Origin: an uncultured Chloroflexia bacterium
GTDB lineage: Bacteria > Chloroflexota > Anaerolineae > JAAYZQ01
Direction: 5' to 3'
NCBI GenBank assembly: GCA_963700285.1
Contig: CAVOXA010000001.1
Coordinates: forward strand, 832,001 to 896,000
DNA length: 64,000 nucleotides
The notes beneath the pieces were generated by a model that was not told the DNA's origin, did no database searches, and was given only the letters and a program-made list of their open reading frames with translations. A program made the position numbers and the translations under genes. Shown here one piece after another: positions 1 through 9,256 of the stretch (position 1 is its first letter; every line of letters begins with the position of its first letter).

Positions 1-823
1 CGGGACCACAATCTTGTACCGCCTGATGGCTGTACATCCAGAAGTCTGTTGGTTCTCCAACCTCACGGATCGGTATCCAAGCCACCCGAAACTGGCCGTG
101 TTTCATAGATTTCTGGACGCTCCCATTGTTGGCAGCTGGATGAGACAACGACTCATCGAACGAAAAACGCCTTCGCTCCGACCCAGCGAGGCAGGTACCA
201 TATACCATCTATACTGCGGATTTGATAGCTCGCGTAGGATGACCGCAGACGATCTGACGCCGGAAGTAGAGGGCAAATTCAAGGGTGTCATCGAGGAGCA
301 CTTGCGCGCTACTGGCAAGCCTCGCTTCATGAGCAAGCAAACAGCTAATTCGCAGAGGATCGGGGTCATTGATAGGATGTTCCCTGATGCCTACTATGTA
401 CATATTATCAGGGATGGAAGGGCCGTGGCAAATTCGTTGCTGCGGGTGGACTGGTGGGGTGAAACAGATATCTGGTGGTTGGATGGCAAGCCTGAAAAAT
501 GGGCAGCCATGGGAGGGGATCCGATTGAACTGTGCGCTCTGCAATGGCAGCGAGATGTCCAGGAGATCTTGGATCACAAACACTTGTTTGACGAACGGTA
601 TCTTGAGATCAGGTACGAGGACCTGGTTGAGGATCCCAGAAGTGTTGTCGATGACGTCATTCGTTTTGCTGGCTTGGGCCAGTCGACGATGCTCATGGAT
701 ACTCTGCCTGAGACCCTTCCAAACATGAACTACAAGTGGGAGGAACAGTTGGGTGGATCTCAGAAAGCGATTCTAGAGAAGAGCATCGGAGAGTCACTGG
801 CGGCGCTGGGGTATCCGACCTGA
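1..823 (+). CDS. Sulfotransferase family protein (5'-truncated by window edge)
   Basis: Frame is open from the window start and reads ...GTTIL (end of the 5'-PSB loop); HIIRDGRAVANS 3'-PB motif; RYEDLV motif; C-terminal LAALGY. Confidence 0.8.
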   Translation, partial: GTTILYRLMAVHPEVCWFSNLTDRYPSHPKLAVFHRFLDAPIVGSWMRQRLIERKTPSLRPSEAGTIYHLYCGFDSSRRMTADDLTPEVEGKFKGVIEEHLRATGKPRFMSKQTANSQRIGVIDRMFPDAYYVHIIRDGRAVANSLLRVDWWGETDIWWLDGKPEKWAAMGGDPIELCALQWQRDVQEILDHKHLFDERYLEIRYEDLVEDPRSVVDDVIRFAGLGQSTMLMDTLPETLPNMNYKWEEQLGGSQKAILEKSIGESLAALGYPT

Positions 824-860
824 TGCTGAGGTTGTGCCGATTTTCCGACGCTGGCTGACT

Positions 861-888
861 TTGACAAAGATGGCAATCCGGCTATAAT
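861..888 (+). promoter_or_regulatory. sigma70-type promoter upstream of flippase
   Basis: TTGACA-N16-TATAAT, both hexamers match consensus. Confidence 0.7.
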
Positions 889-1020
889 GGCGGCCTAGAC
901 TCGCCACCCTAGCTAGGAGCCCAAGCACATCGAAATCTGGTTAAACGCTGGTGTACTGTCTGCTATGCCAAACGCACACCAGAAAGCACGGGGCAAGTCC
1001 TTGTGCCTCAGGCGAACTGA

Positions 1021-2523
1021 ATGGGAATGAAGAGCCTCAAGAAGCAAACCGCAAAAGGCACCATGTGGATGTCTCTGGCGTATTTTTCTGCCCGGCCCCT
1101 CAGGACGCTAGCCCTGATCTTTTTGGCGCGCCTGCTGGACCCACAGGATTTTGGGTTGGTTGCACTGGCCATGATCCTGATCACAGGGACAGATCTCTTT
1201 TCCGGCCTGGGTATGGAAAACGCGTTGATCCATAGCAACGAGGACCTGCGCAAGGTTGGCTTCCAGGCGTTCGCCGTGACGGGGCTGTTTAGCATGTTCG
1301 TATTCTTGATCGTGTTCACGCAGGCGCCTCTCTTTGCTGGCCTGTTGGGAGATCCCGAGGTGATGCCGATCATCCGCTGGCTTTCCCTGCTGATCATTAC
1401 AGAGTCCCTCTCTTTGGTGCCTAATGCATTGCTGCGAAAGAAGATGATGTTCCGGCAGGTGAGCACGGCCAAGCTCATTTCAGTATTCGTCTACAACGGT
1501 TCAGCAGTTCTCCTTGCTTTTCTGGGCTTTGGACTGTGGAGCCTGGTATACGCCGAGTTGATCCGGTCTGTGATAAATGCGGTTGTCGTCTCGATCTTTT
1601 GCCCGAGCTGGGGCTGGCTCAGGCCCAGGTTGCCAGATTGGAACATACTGAGCAAATTGCTCAGATACGGGATCCCGAGCACGGGAAGTGGGTTCCTGAC
1701 CTATCTCAATACCAACTGGGACGATTGGCTTGTGGGCAGAGTGTTGGGGACAACGCTTCTGGGTTTTTATTCCAAGGCATACAATGTGTCCAACAAGGGG
1801 ATCGTAGGCTTTAACAGGGGAGTGATCAGCGGCGTCTTTTTTCCCTCTTTTGCCAAGATACAAGATGACAGGGAGCGCCTGTCCCGGGCGTATGTCAAGG
1901 GCCTGTGTATGGTGGCACTGGTCATGACCCCGATGTCACTGGGTCTCTTTGTCCTTGCCCCCGAGGCGGTGCCAATTCTCTTGGGGGACAAGTGGCTTCC
2001 CATGACGGCTACGCTGCAGATCTTTGCTCTCATGGCTTTCGCCAGGCCCCTGGCCGGCTCGACGTCCCCGCTGTTCCTGGCGACCGGGCGTCCCGATCTG
2101 AACCTGCGTGTCAGTTTGGTGCTCCTGGGGCTCATGGTGCCCCTGGTGTTCTTGCTGCTTGGCCGGGGCATCGAGGGTGTGGCAGTGGCCGTTGTGGCCT
2201 CCTTTGCGCTGGCTTTTCTCTACAGCGTGTTTGAAGTGAACAGGTTGCTGCCAGGAACCGCGCCCAAAATGGCGCTGGCCATCCTGCCGGCGGTAGTCGC
2301 TGGCATCATCATGGTGGTAGGTGTTCAGTTGTCCAAGGCCCCGCTTGCTCAACTGATGGGTGGTAAGCACAATCTTGCTACACTGATAGCGATGGCTGTG
2401 ATTGGTGCCCTGGTGTATCTTCTCACGACCTTCTTGATGCAGCGCGCGCTGATTCTGGAGGCCTTGTCAGTGGCGCTGTCTGTGTTTAAGGGCCGGAATC
2501 GAATAGCCTTTAATAAATCGTAA
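1021..2523 (+). CDS. Wzx/PST-family polysaccharide flippase (WzxC-like)
   Basis: LARLLDPQDFGLVA N-terminal signature, about 12-14 hydrophobic segments, LGFYSKAY and VFFPSFAKIQDD motifs. Confidence 0.9.
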   Translation: MGMKSLKKQTAKGTMWMSLAYFSARPLRTLALIFLARLLDPQDFGLVALAMILITGTDLFSGLGMENALIHSNEDLRKVGFQAFAVTGLFSMFVFLIVFTQAPLFAGLLGDPEVMPIIRWLSLLIITESLSLVPNALLRKKMMFRQVSTAKLISVFVYNGSAVLLAFLGFGLWSLVYAELIRSVINAVVVSIFCPSWGWLRPRLPDWNILSKLLRYGIPSTGSGFLTYLNTNWDDWLVGRVLGTTLLGFYSKAYNVSNKGIVGFNRGVISGVFFPSFAKIQDDRERLSRAYVKGLCMVALVMTPMSLGLFVLAPEAVPILLGDKWLPMTATLQIFALMAFARPLAGSTSPLFLATGRPDLNLRVSLVLLGLMVPLVFLLLGRGIEGVAVAVVASFALAFLYSVFEVNRLLPGTAPKMALAILPAVVAGIIMVVGVQLSKAPLAQLMGGKHNLATLIAMAVIGALVYLLTTFLMQRALILEALSVALSVFKGRNRIAFNKS

Positions 2524-2539
2524 CTGGGAGGTAGCACAA

Positions 2540-4447
2540 ATGAAAGGGAATGCTGGTTTTCGTAGCTTGATGGTGGTACTGGCATTTGTACTGCTGATTC
2601 AGGTGCCGGCGGCGTGGGCCATCGGCGACGCGGAAGACTCTAGACAGCCGCGGGTGAGTGCGTCTCCAGACGCCCCTATCATCGAGGTTTGGTACGGCGA
2701 TACCCAGAATTTTGGTGTGCTGGGTGACCCACAGCAGCAGATTAACATCCTGGGGAACGTCATCAGCGCCACTTCGATCGAGTACTCTCTGAATGGTCAG
2801 GCTCCCGTCGAGCTGAGCATCGGTACAGGCGGCACTGTCGATCCACCTCCGCCGGTGGGTGCCTTGCATGCAGAGGATCTGGCCGTTGCTGGCAACAAGC
2901 GTCTGATCAACAAGGGTGACTTTAACATCGAGATCTTTACCAGCCAGCTCCTTGCGGGCGCGAACACAGTCGAGATCACGGCCTACGGCAGCGGCCAGAC
3001 CACAAAGACGGTCACGGTCAACTACTCTAAGGGCAACACGTGGCCGCTGCCCTATACCCTCGACTGGAACAACTTTGACGACCTTGAGGAAGCGCTGCAA
3101 GGCGGCAAGGTGCAGGTCGTGGATGGTGAGTGGTATCTGTATGAGGAAGGCGGGCAGAAATGGCTCAGGCCCGAGGAGGGGAAAACCGGGTACGACAGGG
3201 CGGTGGCCATCGGAGACATCAAGTGGAAGAACTTTGATGTGCTGGTCCCCATCCATCTCAAGCAGTTCCCTGTGGATGGTCAAGGAAACATTGGCCTGAT
3301 GGTCCGCTGGCAGGGTCACACCGAGGCCAAGTCGGGCGAGCAGCCGTTCACCGGTTGGTGGGAGTCAGGCGTTTTTGCTATCTACAGGCACAGGACCCCG
3401 GAGCCTACGGTTCCTCCTGAGCCTGAGGACTGTGGCTCCAGGTTAGAGATGTTCTACGGTCACTTTAGCAGGCTGGAGGATCTGGATTGTGATCCCAGTA
3501 TCAAACGAAAGGAGCCCTACTACTTTCGGCTGCGGGTTCAGACTACGGACACGGCTCCCTATGGCTTCTATAGCATGAAGGTGTGGAAGTCCAGCGACTC
3601 GGAGCCCTCAGACTGGGTCTTTGAGGTGGCGGACGAGATGCCCGACGTGCTCGACACAGGGTCTTTCCTGCTGGTTGCACACGAGGCGGACGCCATGTTC
3701 GGCAAGGTTGAGGTCACACCGCTCGTGGACTTGGAGGTCTCGACCGTTGGACCGGGCAAGGTAGAGGTCTCCCCCGAGCTCAACGGCCCGTCGGATGCCT
3801 ACCTTCTGGGGGACACGGTCGAGCTGACTGCCACCCCCAACGACCCGGCCAACTATGCCTTTGCTGGTTGGAGCGGTGACTTGACCGGTGCTCAGAATCC
3901 TGCTACCCTGACCCTTGACAAAGCCGAAGTCCAGGTCACCGCCACCTTTGCGCCCAAGAGGACGCTGGTCGTCGGCGTTGACCCGGCCGCCGCCGGGCAG
4001 GTGGAACTGGATCCACCGGGAGGTGTATACGGGAACGGAACTGTTGTCACCCTGACGCCCAAGCCCAATGCCAACTACAGCTTTGGCCAGTGGAGCGGAC
4101 CCAATGCGAGCAACCTGGTGAACCTGGGCAACGGTTCCTGGTCGATCATGATGGATGGTGACAAGAATGTGACGGCCAACTTTATCCCGGGCTATGCTCT
4201 GGCCATTACCACAACCGGGCAGGGCATGGTCATTACGGACCCGCCAGGCGCGGGCTTCCCGCAGGGAACAGTCGTCAAGCTGACTGCCAAGCCAGACTGG
4301 GGCTGGTTCTTTGCCGGGTGGCAGGGCGACCTGTCTGGCAGGCAAAATCCCGCCTCGCTGAAGATGGATGGAAACAAGGCGATTGAGGCCGTGTTCATCG
4401 AAGCCAATCAGGCATTCTTACCCACGATCGCGCGTAGATCGCGGTAA
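2540..4447 (+). CDS. Secreted protein with lectin-like beta domain, three divergent InlB B-type repeats and C-terminal FLPTIAR tail
   Basis: Signal peptide ending AWA; GGAGG RBS; three repeats of the type V.LTA.P...Y.F.GWSGDL.G..NP....D....V.A.F; C-terminal AFLPTIARRSR. Confidence 0.75.
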   Translation: MKGNAGFRSLMVVLAFVLLIQVPAAWAIGDAEDSRQPRVSASPDAPIIEVWYGDTQNFGVLGDPQQQINILGNVISATSIEYSLNGQAPVELSIGTGGTVDPPPPVGALHAEDLAVAGNKRLINKGDFNIEIFTSQLLAGANTVEITAYGSGQTTKTVTVNYSKGNTWPLPYTLDWNNFDDLEEALQGGKVQVVDGEWYLYEEGGQKWLRPEEGKTGYDRAVAIGDIKWKNFDVLVPIHLKQFPVDGQGNIGLMVRWQGHTEAKSGEQPFTGWWESGVFAIYRHRTPEPTVPPEPEDCGSRLEMFYGHFSRLEDLDCDPSIKRKEPYYFRLRVQTTDTAPYGFYSMKVWKSSDSEPSDWVFEVADEMPDVLDTGSFLLVAHEADAMFGKVEVTPLVDLEVSTVGPGKVEVSPELNGPSDAYLLGDTVELTATPNDPANYAFAGWSGDLTGAQNPATLTLDKAEVQVTATFAPKRTLVVGVDPAAAGQVELDPPGGVYGNGTVVTLTPKPNANYSFGQWSGPNASNLVNLGNGSWSIMMDGDKNVTANFIPGYALAITTTGQGMVITDPPGAGFPQGTVVKLTAKPDWGWFFAGWQGDLSGRQNPASLKMDGNKAIEAVFIEANQAFLPTIARRSR

Positions 4448-4687
4448 CCTGGCTGAAGGGATCCTGCTGCTGGGGAGTAGTATGTGAATGAAGCTCCTGG
4501 CGGCCTGCATGTGCTGTCTGGGAAGCCTGGCATGCAGCCGCCAGGCATATGCTTGCGGCTGCACGTGTGAGCGCGGAGCAACTCCGGCCTCTTGCCCTTA
4601 GGCTGCGCGGCATTTCATTCGCCAGGGCTCGATAGGCCAGTTAGAGTACAAATCGGCAGTGTGCCGTCTAAACTGTGGAGGAATGAC

Positions 4688-5731
4688 ATGCGTGTTTTGC
4701 TTACAGGTCACAATGGCTACGTGGGCACCATCATGGTCCCCATGCTCGTCGGGGCTGGCCACAACGTAGTGGGGTTGGATTCCAACCTGTTCCTGGGGTC
4801 GAGCTTTGGTCCTGAATCGGAGGGACTGCAGATTGAGGAAAAGCAGATGGACATCCGGGATGTCCAAATTTCGGACCTGGAAGGCTTTGATGCCGTTATC
4901 CATCTGGCTGCCCTGTCCAATGATCCGCTCGGAAACTTGAATCCAGACCTGACCTATGAGATCAACTATAAGGCGTCGGTCCGCCTGGCAGGACTGGCCA
5001 AGGAGGCTGGGGTCCCACGCTTTCTCTTCTCTTCGTCTTGCAGCAACTATGGAGCCGGAGGGCAGGACTGGCTGGATGAGAGTTCGCCTTTCAACCCGGT
5101 GACACCCTACGGCAAGTCAAAGGTGCTGGTCGAACAAGAGGTTGGCGAGATGGCGGACGACGACTTTAGCCCCACCTACTTGCGCAGCGCCACGGCTTAT
5201 GGTGTTTCGCCGCGCCTGCGCTTCGATCTGGTGCTGAATAACCTCGTCGCCTGGGCCTACACGACCGGTCTGGTTCTTATGAAGAGTGATGGCACCCCGT
5301 GGCGGCCCATCGTCCACGTCGAGGACATGTCGCTTGCCTTCCTGGCGGCTCTGCACGCACCCCGCGAGGTGGTGCACAACGAAGCATTCAATGTCGGTAG
5401 GCCTGAGGAGAACTATCAGATTCGGGAGCTGGCCGAGATCGTCGTCGCGACAGTGCCTGGCAGCCACATCGAGTATGCTGAGGGGGCTGGGCCGGACTTG
5501 AGGTGCTATCGCGTGGATAGCAGCAAGATCGCGCGGCTGTTGCCCGAGTACAAGCCAACTTGGGATGCCCGTAAAGGGGCGCAGGAGCTGTACGATGCCT
5601 ACCAAAAAGTCGGGCTCCAGGCGGACGAGTTTGAGGGCCCCCGCTACCGGCGTATCCATCATCTCAAGGAACTGATGAGCATGGACCGCGTGGACGACAA
5701 TCTTCGTTGGACATCGGACCAAGCTGCGTAG
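4688..5731 (+). CDS. NAD-dependent sugar epimerase/dehydratase (extended SDR)
   Basis: [13 protein letters not shown] Rossmann motif, [17 protein letters not shown] catalytic motif; GGAGGA RBS supports the ATG at 4688 over the ORF-track start. Confidence 0.9.
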   Translation: MRVLLTGHNGYVGTIMVPMLVGAGHNVVGLDSNLFLGSSFGPESEGLQIEEKQMDIRDVQISDLEGFDAVIHLAALSNDPLGNLNPDLTYEINYKASVRLAGLAKEAGVPRFLFSSSCSNYGAGGQDWLDESSPFNPVTPYGKSKVLVEQEVGEMADDDFSPTYLRSATAYGVSPRLRFDLVLNNLVAWAYTTGLVLMKSDGTPWRPIVHVEDMSLAFLAALHAPREVVHNEAFNVGRPEENYQIRELAEIVVATVPGSHIEYAEGAGPDLRCYRVDSSKIARLLPEYKPTWDARKGAQELYDAYQKVGLQADEFEGPRYRRIHHLKELMSMDRVDDNLRWTSDQAA

Positions 5732-5753
5732 CTTGCTGGGAGACATAGAGACA

Positions 5754-7007
5754 ATGAGCATTGAGAACGACAACGTCTACATTGAGATCAAAGCCTGCCG
5801 TGCTTGCGGATACCCTGGGCTGGAATCCGTACTGTCCATGGGCAAGACCCCACTGGCTGATGCGTTGCTGACGGAGGATCAGCTCGAATCGCCTGAGCAT
5901 ATCGTCCCTTTGACCTGGGTGTTCTGCCCAAACTGCGCTCTGATCCAGATCACCGAGACCGTAAAGCCCGAAATCCTCTTTGGCAGGGACTATCCTTATT
6001 TCTCCTCTGTTTCCAAGTCGCTGGTCCAGCACTTCCGAGATAGTGCAGAGGAACTGATCGAATTGAGGGGGCTCACGACGGATAGCATGGTCATCGAGGC
6101 GGCGAGCAACGATGGCTACATGCTGCGGAACTTTGTGGAGAGAGGGATTCCGGTCCTGGGGATCGATCCGGCCGAGGGGCCGGCGCGAGCCGCGCAGGAA
6201 GCGGGTATCTCGACGCTTCACACCTTCTTTGGCAAGGACCTGGCTCTGAAGTTGCGGGACGAGGAGGGCCTGCAGGCCAACCTGTTCCTGGCCAACAACG
6301 TCTTGGCTCACGTGGCTGACCTGAATGGCTTTGTGGAAGGCATCAGCATCATGCTCAAGGACACGGGCATGGCCGTGATGGAGGCCCACTATGTCTGCGA
6401 TCTGGTCGATCACCACGAATTCGATACGGTCTATCACCAGCACCTATGCTACTATTCGGCGACCTCCGTGGACAATCTGCTTCGGCAGCATGGCTTATAC
6501 CTGAACGAAGTGAGGCGCATCCCCACCTACGGTGGGTCGCTGCGGCTATTTGTGGAAAAGCGCGAGAACGTGGGATCGTCCGTCCGGGCGCTGCTGGAGG
6601 AAGAGGCGGCCAAGGGAGCAGATGGTCTTGGCTACTATCGGGACTTTGCCAACGAGGTAGGCGAGATCAAGCGCGAGTTGATGGATATCCTCTGGGATCT
6701 GAAGCGAGCGGGAAAGAGCATCGTAGGCTATGGAGCTGCGGCCAAGGCGGCGACCCTGCTGGCCTACTGCGGCATCGACAGGGCTCTGTTGGACTATGTT
6801 GCTGACCTGAACACCTTCAAGCATGGCCGCTACATGGGCGGCAATCATTTGCCCATCGTCCCGCCTGGACGGCTGCTGGAGGACATGCCGGACTATGTCC
6901 TACTCCTGGCCTGGAACTTTGCCGAGGAGATCATGCGCCAGCAAGCAGAGTACCGCGAGCGGGGAGGCAGGTTCGTCGTGCCCGTACCTGAGGTAGAGGT
7001 CGTCTAG
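5754..7007 (+). CDS. NDP-hexose C-methyltransferase-like protein (Zn-binding N-terminus, SAM domain, C-terminal domain)
   Basis: CRACG...CPNC zinc site, EAASNDG SAM motif, [39 protein letters not shown]. Confidence 0.88.
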   Translation: MSIENDNVYIEIKACRACGYPGLESVLSMGKTPLADALLTEDQLESPEHIVPLTWVFCPNCALIQITETVKPEILFGRDYPYFSSVSKSLVQHFRDSAEELIELRGLTTDSMVIEAASNDGYMLRNFVERGIPVLGIDPAEGPARAAQEAGISTLHTFFGKDLALKLRDEEGLQANLFLANNVLAHVADLNGFVEGISIMLKDTGMAVMEAHYVCDLVDHHEFDTVYHQHLCYYSATSVDNLLRQHGLYLNEVRRIPTYGGSLRLFVEKRENVGSSVRALLEEEAAKGADGLGYYRDFANEVGEIKRELMDILWDLKRAGKSIVGYGAAAKAATLLAYCGIDRALLDYVADLNTFKHGRYMGGNHLPIVPPGRLLEDMPDYVLLLAWNFAEEIMRQQAEYRERGGRFVVPVPEVEVV

Positions 7008-7076
7008 CACTTTTTGCTGCCGTCACTCTCTGGCGAGCAACGACCTACCGCCAGGATACAAGGAGAACCATACGCC

Positions 7077-7931
7077 GTGGCAGACGTTGTACGCAACGCG
7101 CTGAGGCCGCTAAGGCCTGTGTTGAGGCCAACTTATGAACGCCTGCGGGAGCTGTATGACTACAGCGGCTTTAGGGTCATCCAGCGATCACCCTATGGCA
7201 ACATCTACCATTGCTGCACGCAAAAGACCGCAAGCCAGTGGTTTAGGAGGGTCTTTTGCGACCCGGTCGTTTTTCGCTACACAGGCCTGAGGCCCTTCCG
7301 GTATAGGCAGTTGGGCTTGAAAGAAGCCCAGTTTGACCAAGCCCTGCCGCCACGTACCATCGACATCCACCTCTACGTCGACTATGCGACCTACGACGCC
7401 ATCGCCAAGCCCAAGAACTGGAAGACCTTTTTCATCCTGCGTGATCCCCGCGACATCGTGGTCTCCTGGTACTTTTCGGCCAAGTTCTCGCACAAACCGG
7501 TCTATCCCATCCCCGAATTGAGGCGGAACCTGGACCAGCTCGACATGCAGGGGGGCATGAAGTACCTCATCGACGCCTGGGACGGCTTTGGCCTGTTTGA
7601 CGCCCAGAGGTCGTGGATGACGCAAGGTCAGGAAGACGAGCACGTCAAGGTCTTTCTTTACGAGAACTTTGCGGCGGACAACCGGCTCTTTCTGCGAGAC
7701 CTTCTGGATTATCTGGACATAACGATGCCAGAGGATGAGTTCGAGGCGCTTTATGAACGTCACAAGTTCTCCCAACTCGCCAAGGGCCGCGAGCAAGGCG
7801 AAGAGAACACCCAGTCCCACTTTCGTAAGGGTGTATCGGGTGACTGGAAGATCCACTTTGACGAGACGGTGACGGCCTACTTTCGGGAGGTCACCGGCGA
7901 TCTGCTGGAGGTCCTGGGCTACCAGGAGTAG
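7077..7931 (+). CDS. Sulfotransferase domain protein
   Basis: QKTASQWF (5'-PSB-like), LRDPRDIVVSWYFS (3'-PB), HFRKGVSGDWK; AAGGAG RBS before GTG at 7077. Confidence 0.85.
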   Translation: MADVVRNALRPLRPVLRPTYERLRELYDYSGFRVIQRSPYGNIYHCCTQKTASQWFRRVFCDPVVFRYTGLRPFRYRQLGLKEAQFDQALPPRTIDIHLYVDYATYDAIAKPKNWKTFFILRDPRDIVVSWYFSAKFSHKPVYPIPELRRNLDQLDMQGGMKYLIDAWDGFGLFDAQRSWMTQGQEDEHVKVFLYENFAADNRLFLRDLLDYLDITMPEDEFEALYERHKFSQLAKGREQGEENTQSHFRKGVSGDWKIHFDETVTAYFREVTGDLLEVLGYQE

Positions 7932-7987
7932 GGTTCGTGGCGGCCAGGGCCGGAGGCCCAGTGGCCTGAAGGGGGCGGATCCGGACT

Positions 7988-9169
7988 ATGCCGGAAAATC
8001 ATCCATGTCCTAGCTGCGGCAAGGCTGGGATGTCAGTCTTTTATAGCGTGGAAAATGCGCCGGTGCACAGCGTGCTGCTCCTGTCGACGAGAGAGGAGGC
8101 GGTGGGCTATCCCTCGGGGGAGATCGCGCTGGCGTTGTGCCCGGCGTGCGGGTTTATCTCCAATGTAGCTTTTGATCCAACCCTGCAGGAATACTCTGCC
8201 AAATACGAGGCGACACAGAGTTGTTCGCCAACGTTCAATGTCTTTCACCGAAATCTAGCCCTGCACCTGATAGACCGCTTTGATCTACACGATAAGGACG
8301 TCATCGAAATCGGCTGCGGACAGGGAGAGTTTCTCACCTTGCTGTGCGAGCTGGGCGGCAATCGTGGGGTCGGCTTCGACCCGGCCTATGATGGCCGGCG
8401 CCCTCACAGCGAGGCAGAGGACCGTCTTACCTTCGTAGCGGACTTTTACTCGGAGCAGCACGCGCACCATCATGCAGACGTGTTGGTCTGCAAGATGACG
8501 CTGGAGCACATCCTGGACACGTCGCGCTTTGTCAGTACGGTACGTCGTTCAGTGGGTGATCGTTTCGAGACCGTGGTCTTTTTCCAGGTGCCGGACGTGA
8601 TGCGCATCCTGCGTGAGCAGGCGTTCTGGGATATCTACTACGAGCACTGCTCCTACTTTAGCGCTGGCTCACTGGCTCGCCTGTTTCGGCGCTGTGGTTT
8701 TGACGTGGTCGATCTCTGGAAGGAATATGACGACCAATACCTGATGATCGAAGCGGTGCCTGGTCGTGGTCCGCTGGGACAGCCCCTTTCCCAGGAAGAG
8801 GATGTGACTGAGGTGGCCCGCGATGTTTCTTTCTTTGCGGAGCACTGCCAGCGCAAGTTTGATTTCTGGAAGCGAGAGTTGCAACAGATCCGGCAGGACG
8901 GGCGGCGGGTGGTTTTTTGGGGCGGCGGCTCGAAAGCTGTCGCTTTCCTGACAACCCTGGCGATGGCCGACGAGGTCGAGTATGTCGTAGACATCAACCC
9001 GCTGAAACATGGTACCTATCTGGCTGGGACGGGCCAGGAAATCGTATCGCCGGACTTTTTGCGGGAATACCGGCCGGATGTCGTTGTGGTCATGAACCCC
9101 GTCTATACTGACGAGATCCGGGCAGATTTGGAGGGAATGGGGTTGGCGCCAACACTGGTGCCAGCCTGA
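7988..9169 (+). CDS. C-methyltransferase-like class I SAM-dependent methyltransferase (paralog 2)
   Basis: CPSCG...CPACG, EIGCGQG, WDIYYEHCSYF, WGGGSKAVAFL, VDINPLKHG. Confidence 0.85.
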   Translation: MPENHPCPSCGKAGMSVFYSVENAPVHSVLLLSTREEAVGYPSGEIALALCPACGFISNVAFDPTLQEYSAKYEATQSCSPTFNVFHRNLALHLIDRFDLHDKDVIEIGCGQGEFLTLLCELGGNRGVGFDPAYDGRRPHSEAEDRLTFVADFYSEQHAHHHADVLVCKMTLEHILDTSRFVSTVRRSVGDRFETVVFFQVPDVMRILREQAFWDIYYEHCSYFSAGSLARLFRRCGFDVVDLWKEYDDQYLMIEAVPGRGPLGQPLSQEEDVTEVARDVSFFAEHCQRKFDFWKRELQQIRQDGRRVVFWGGGSKAVAFLTTLAMADEVEYVVDINPLKHGTYLAGTGQEIVSPDFLREYRPDVVVVMNPVYTDEIRADLEGMGLAPTLVPA

Positions 9170-9256
9170 AAGCAGTGGAGCCAGTGGGCAAGGCCACGAG
9201 TATGCACGCACTCGGCGAGGTGAATCTCTTTCCTCGGTCGTTGGAGTACAACCGGT

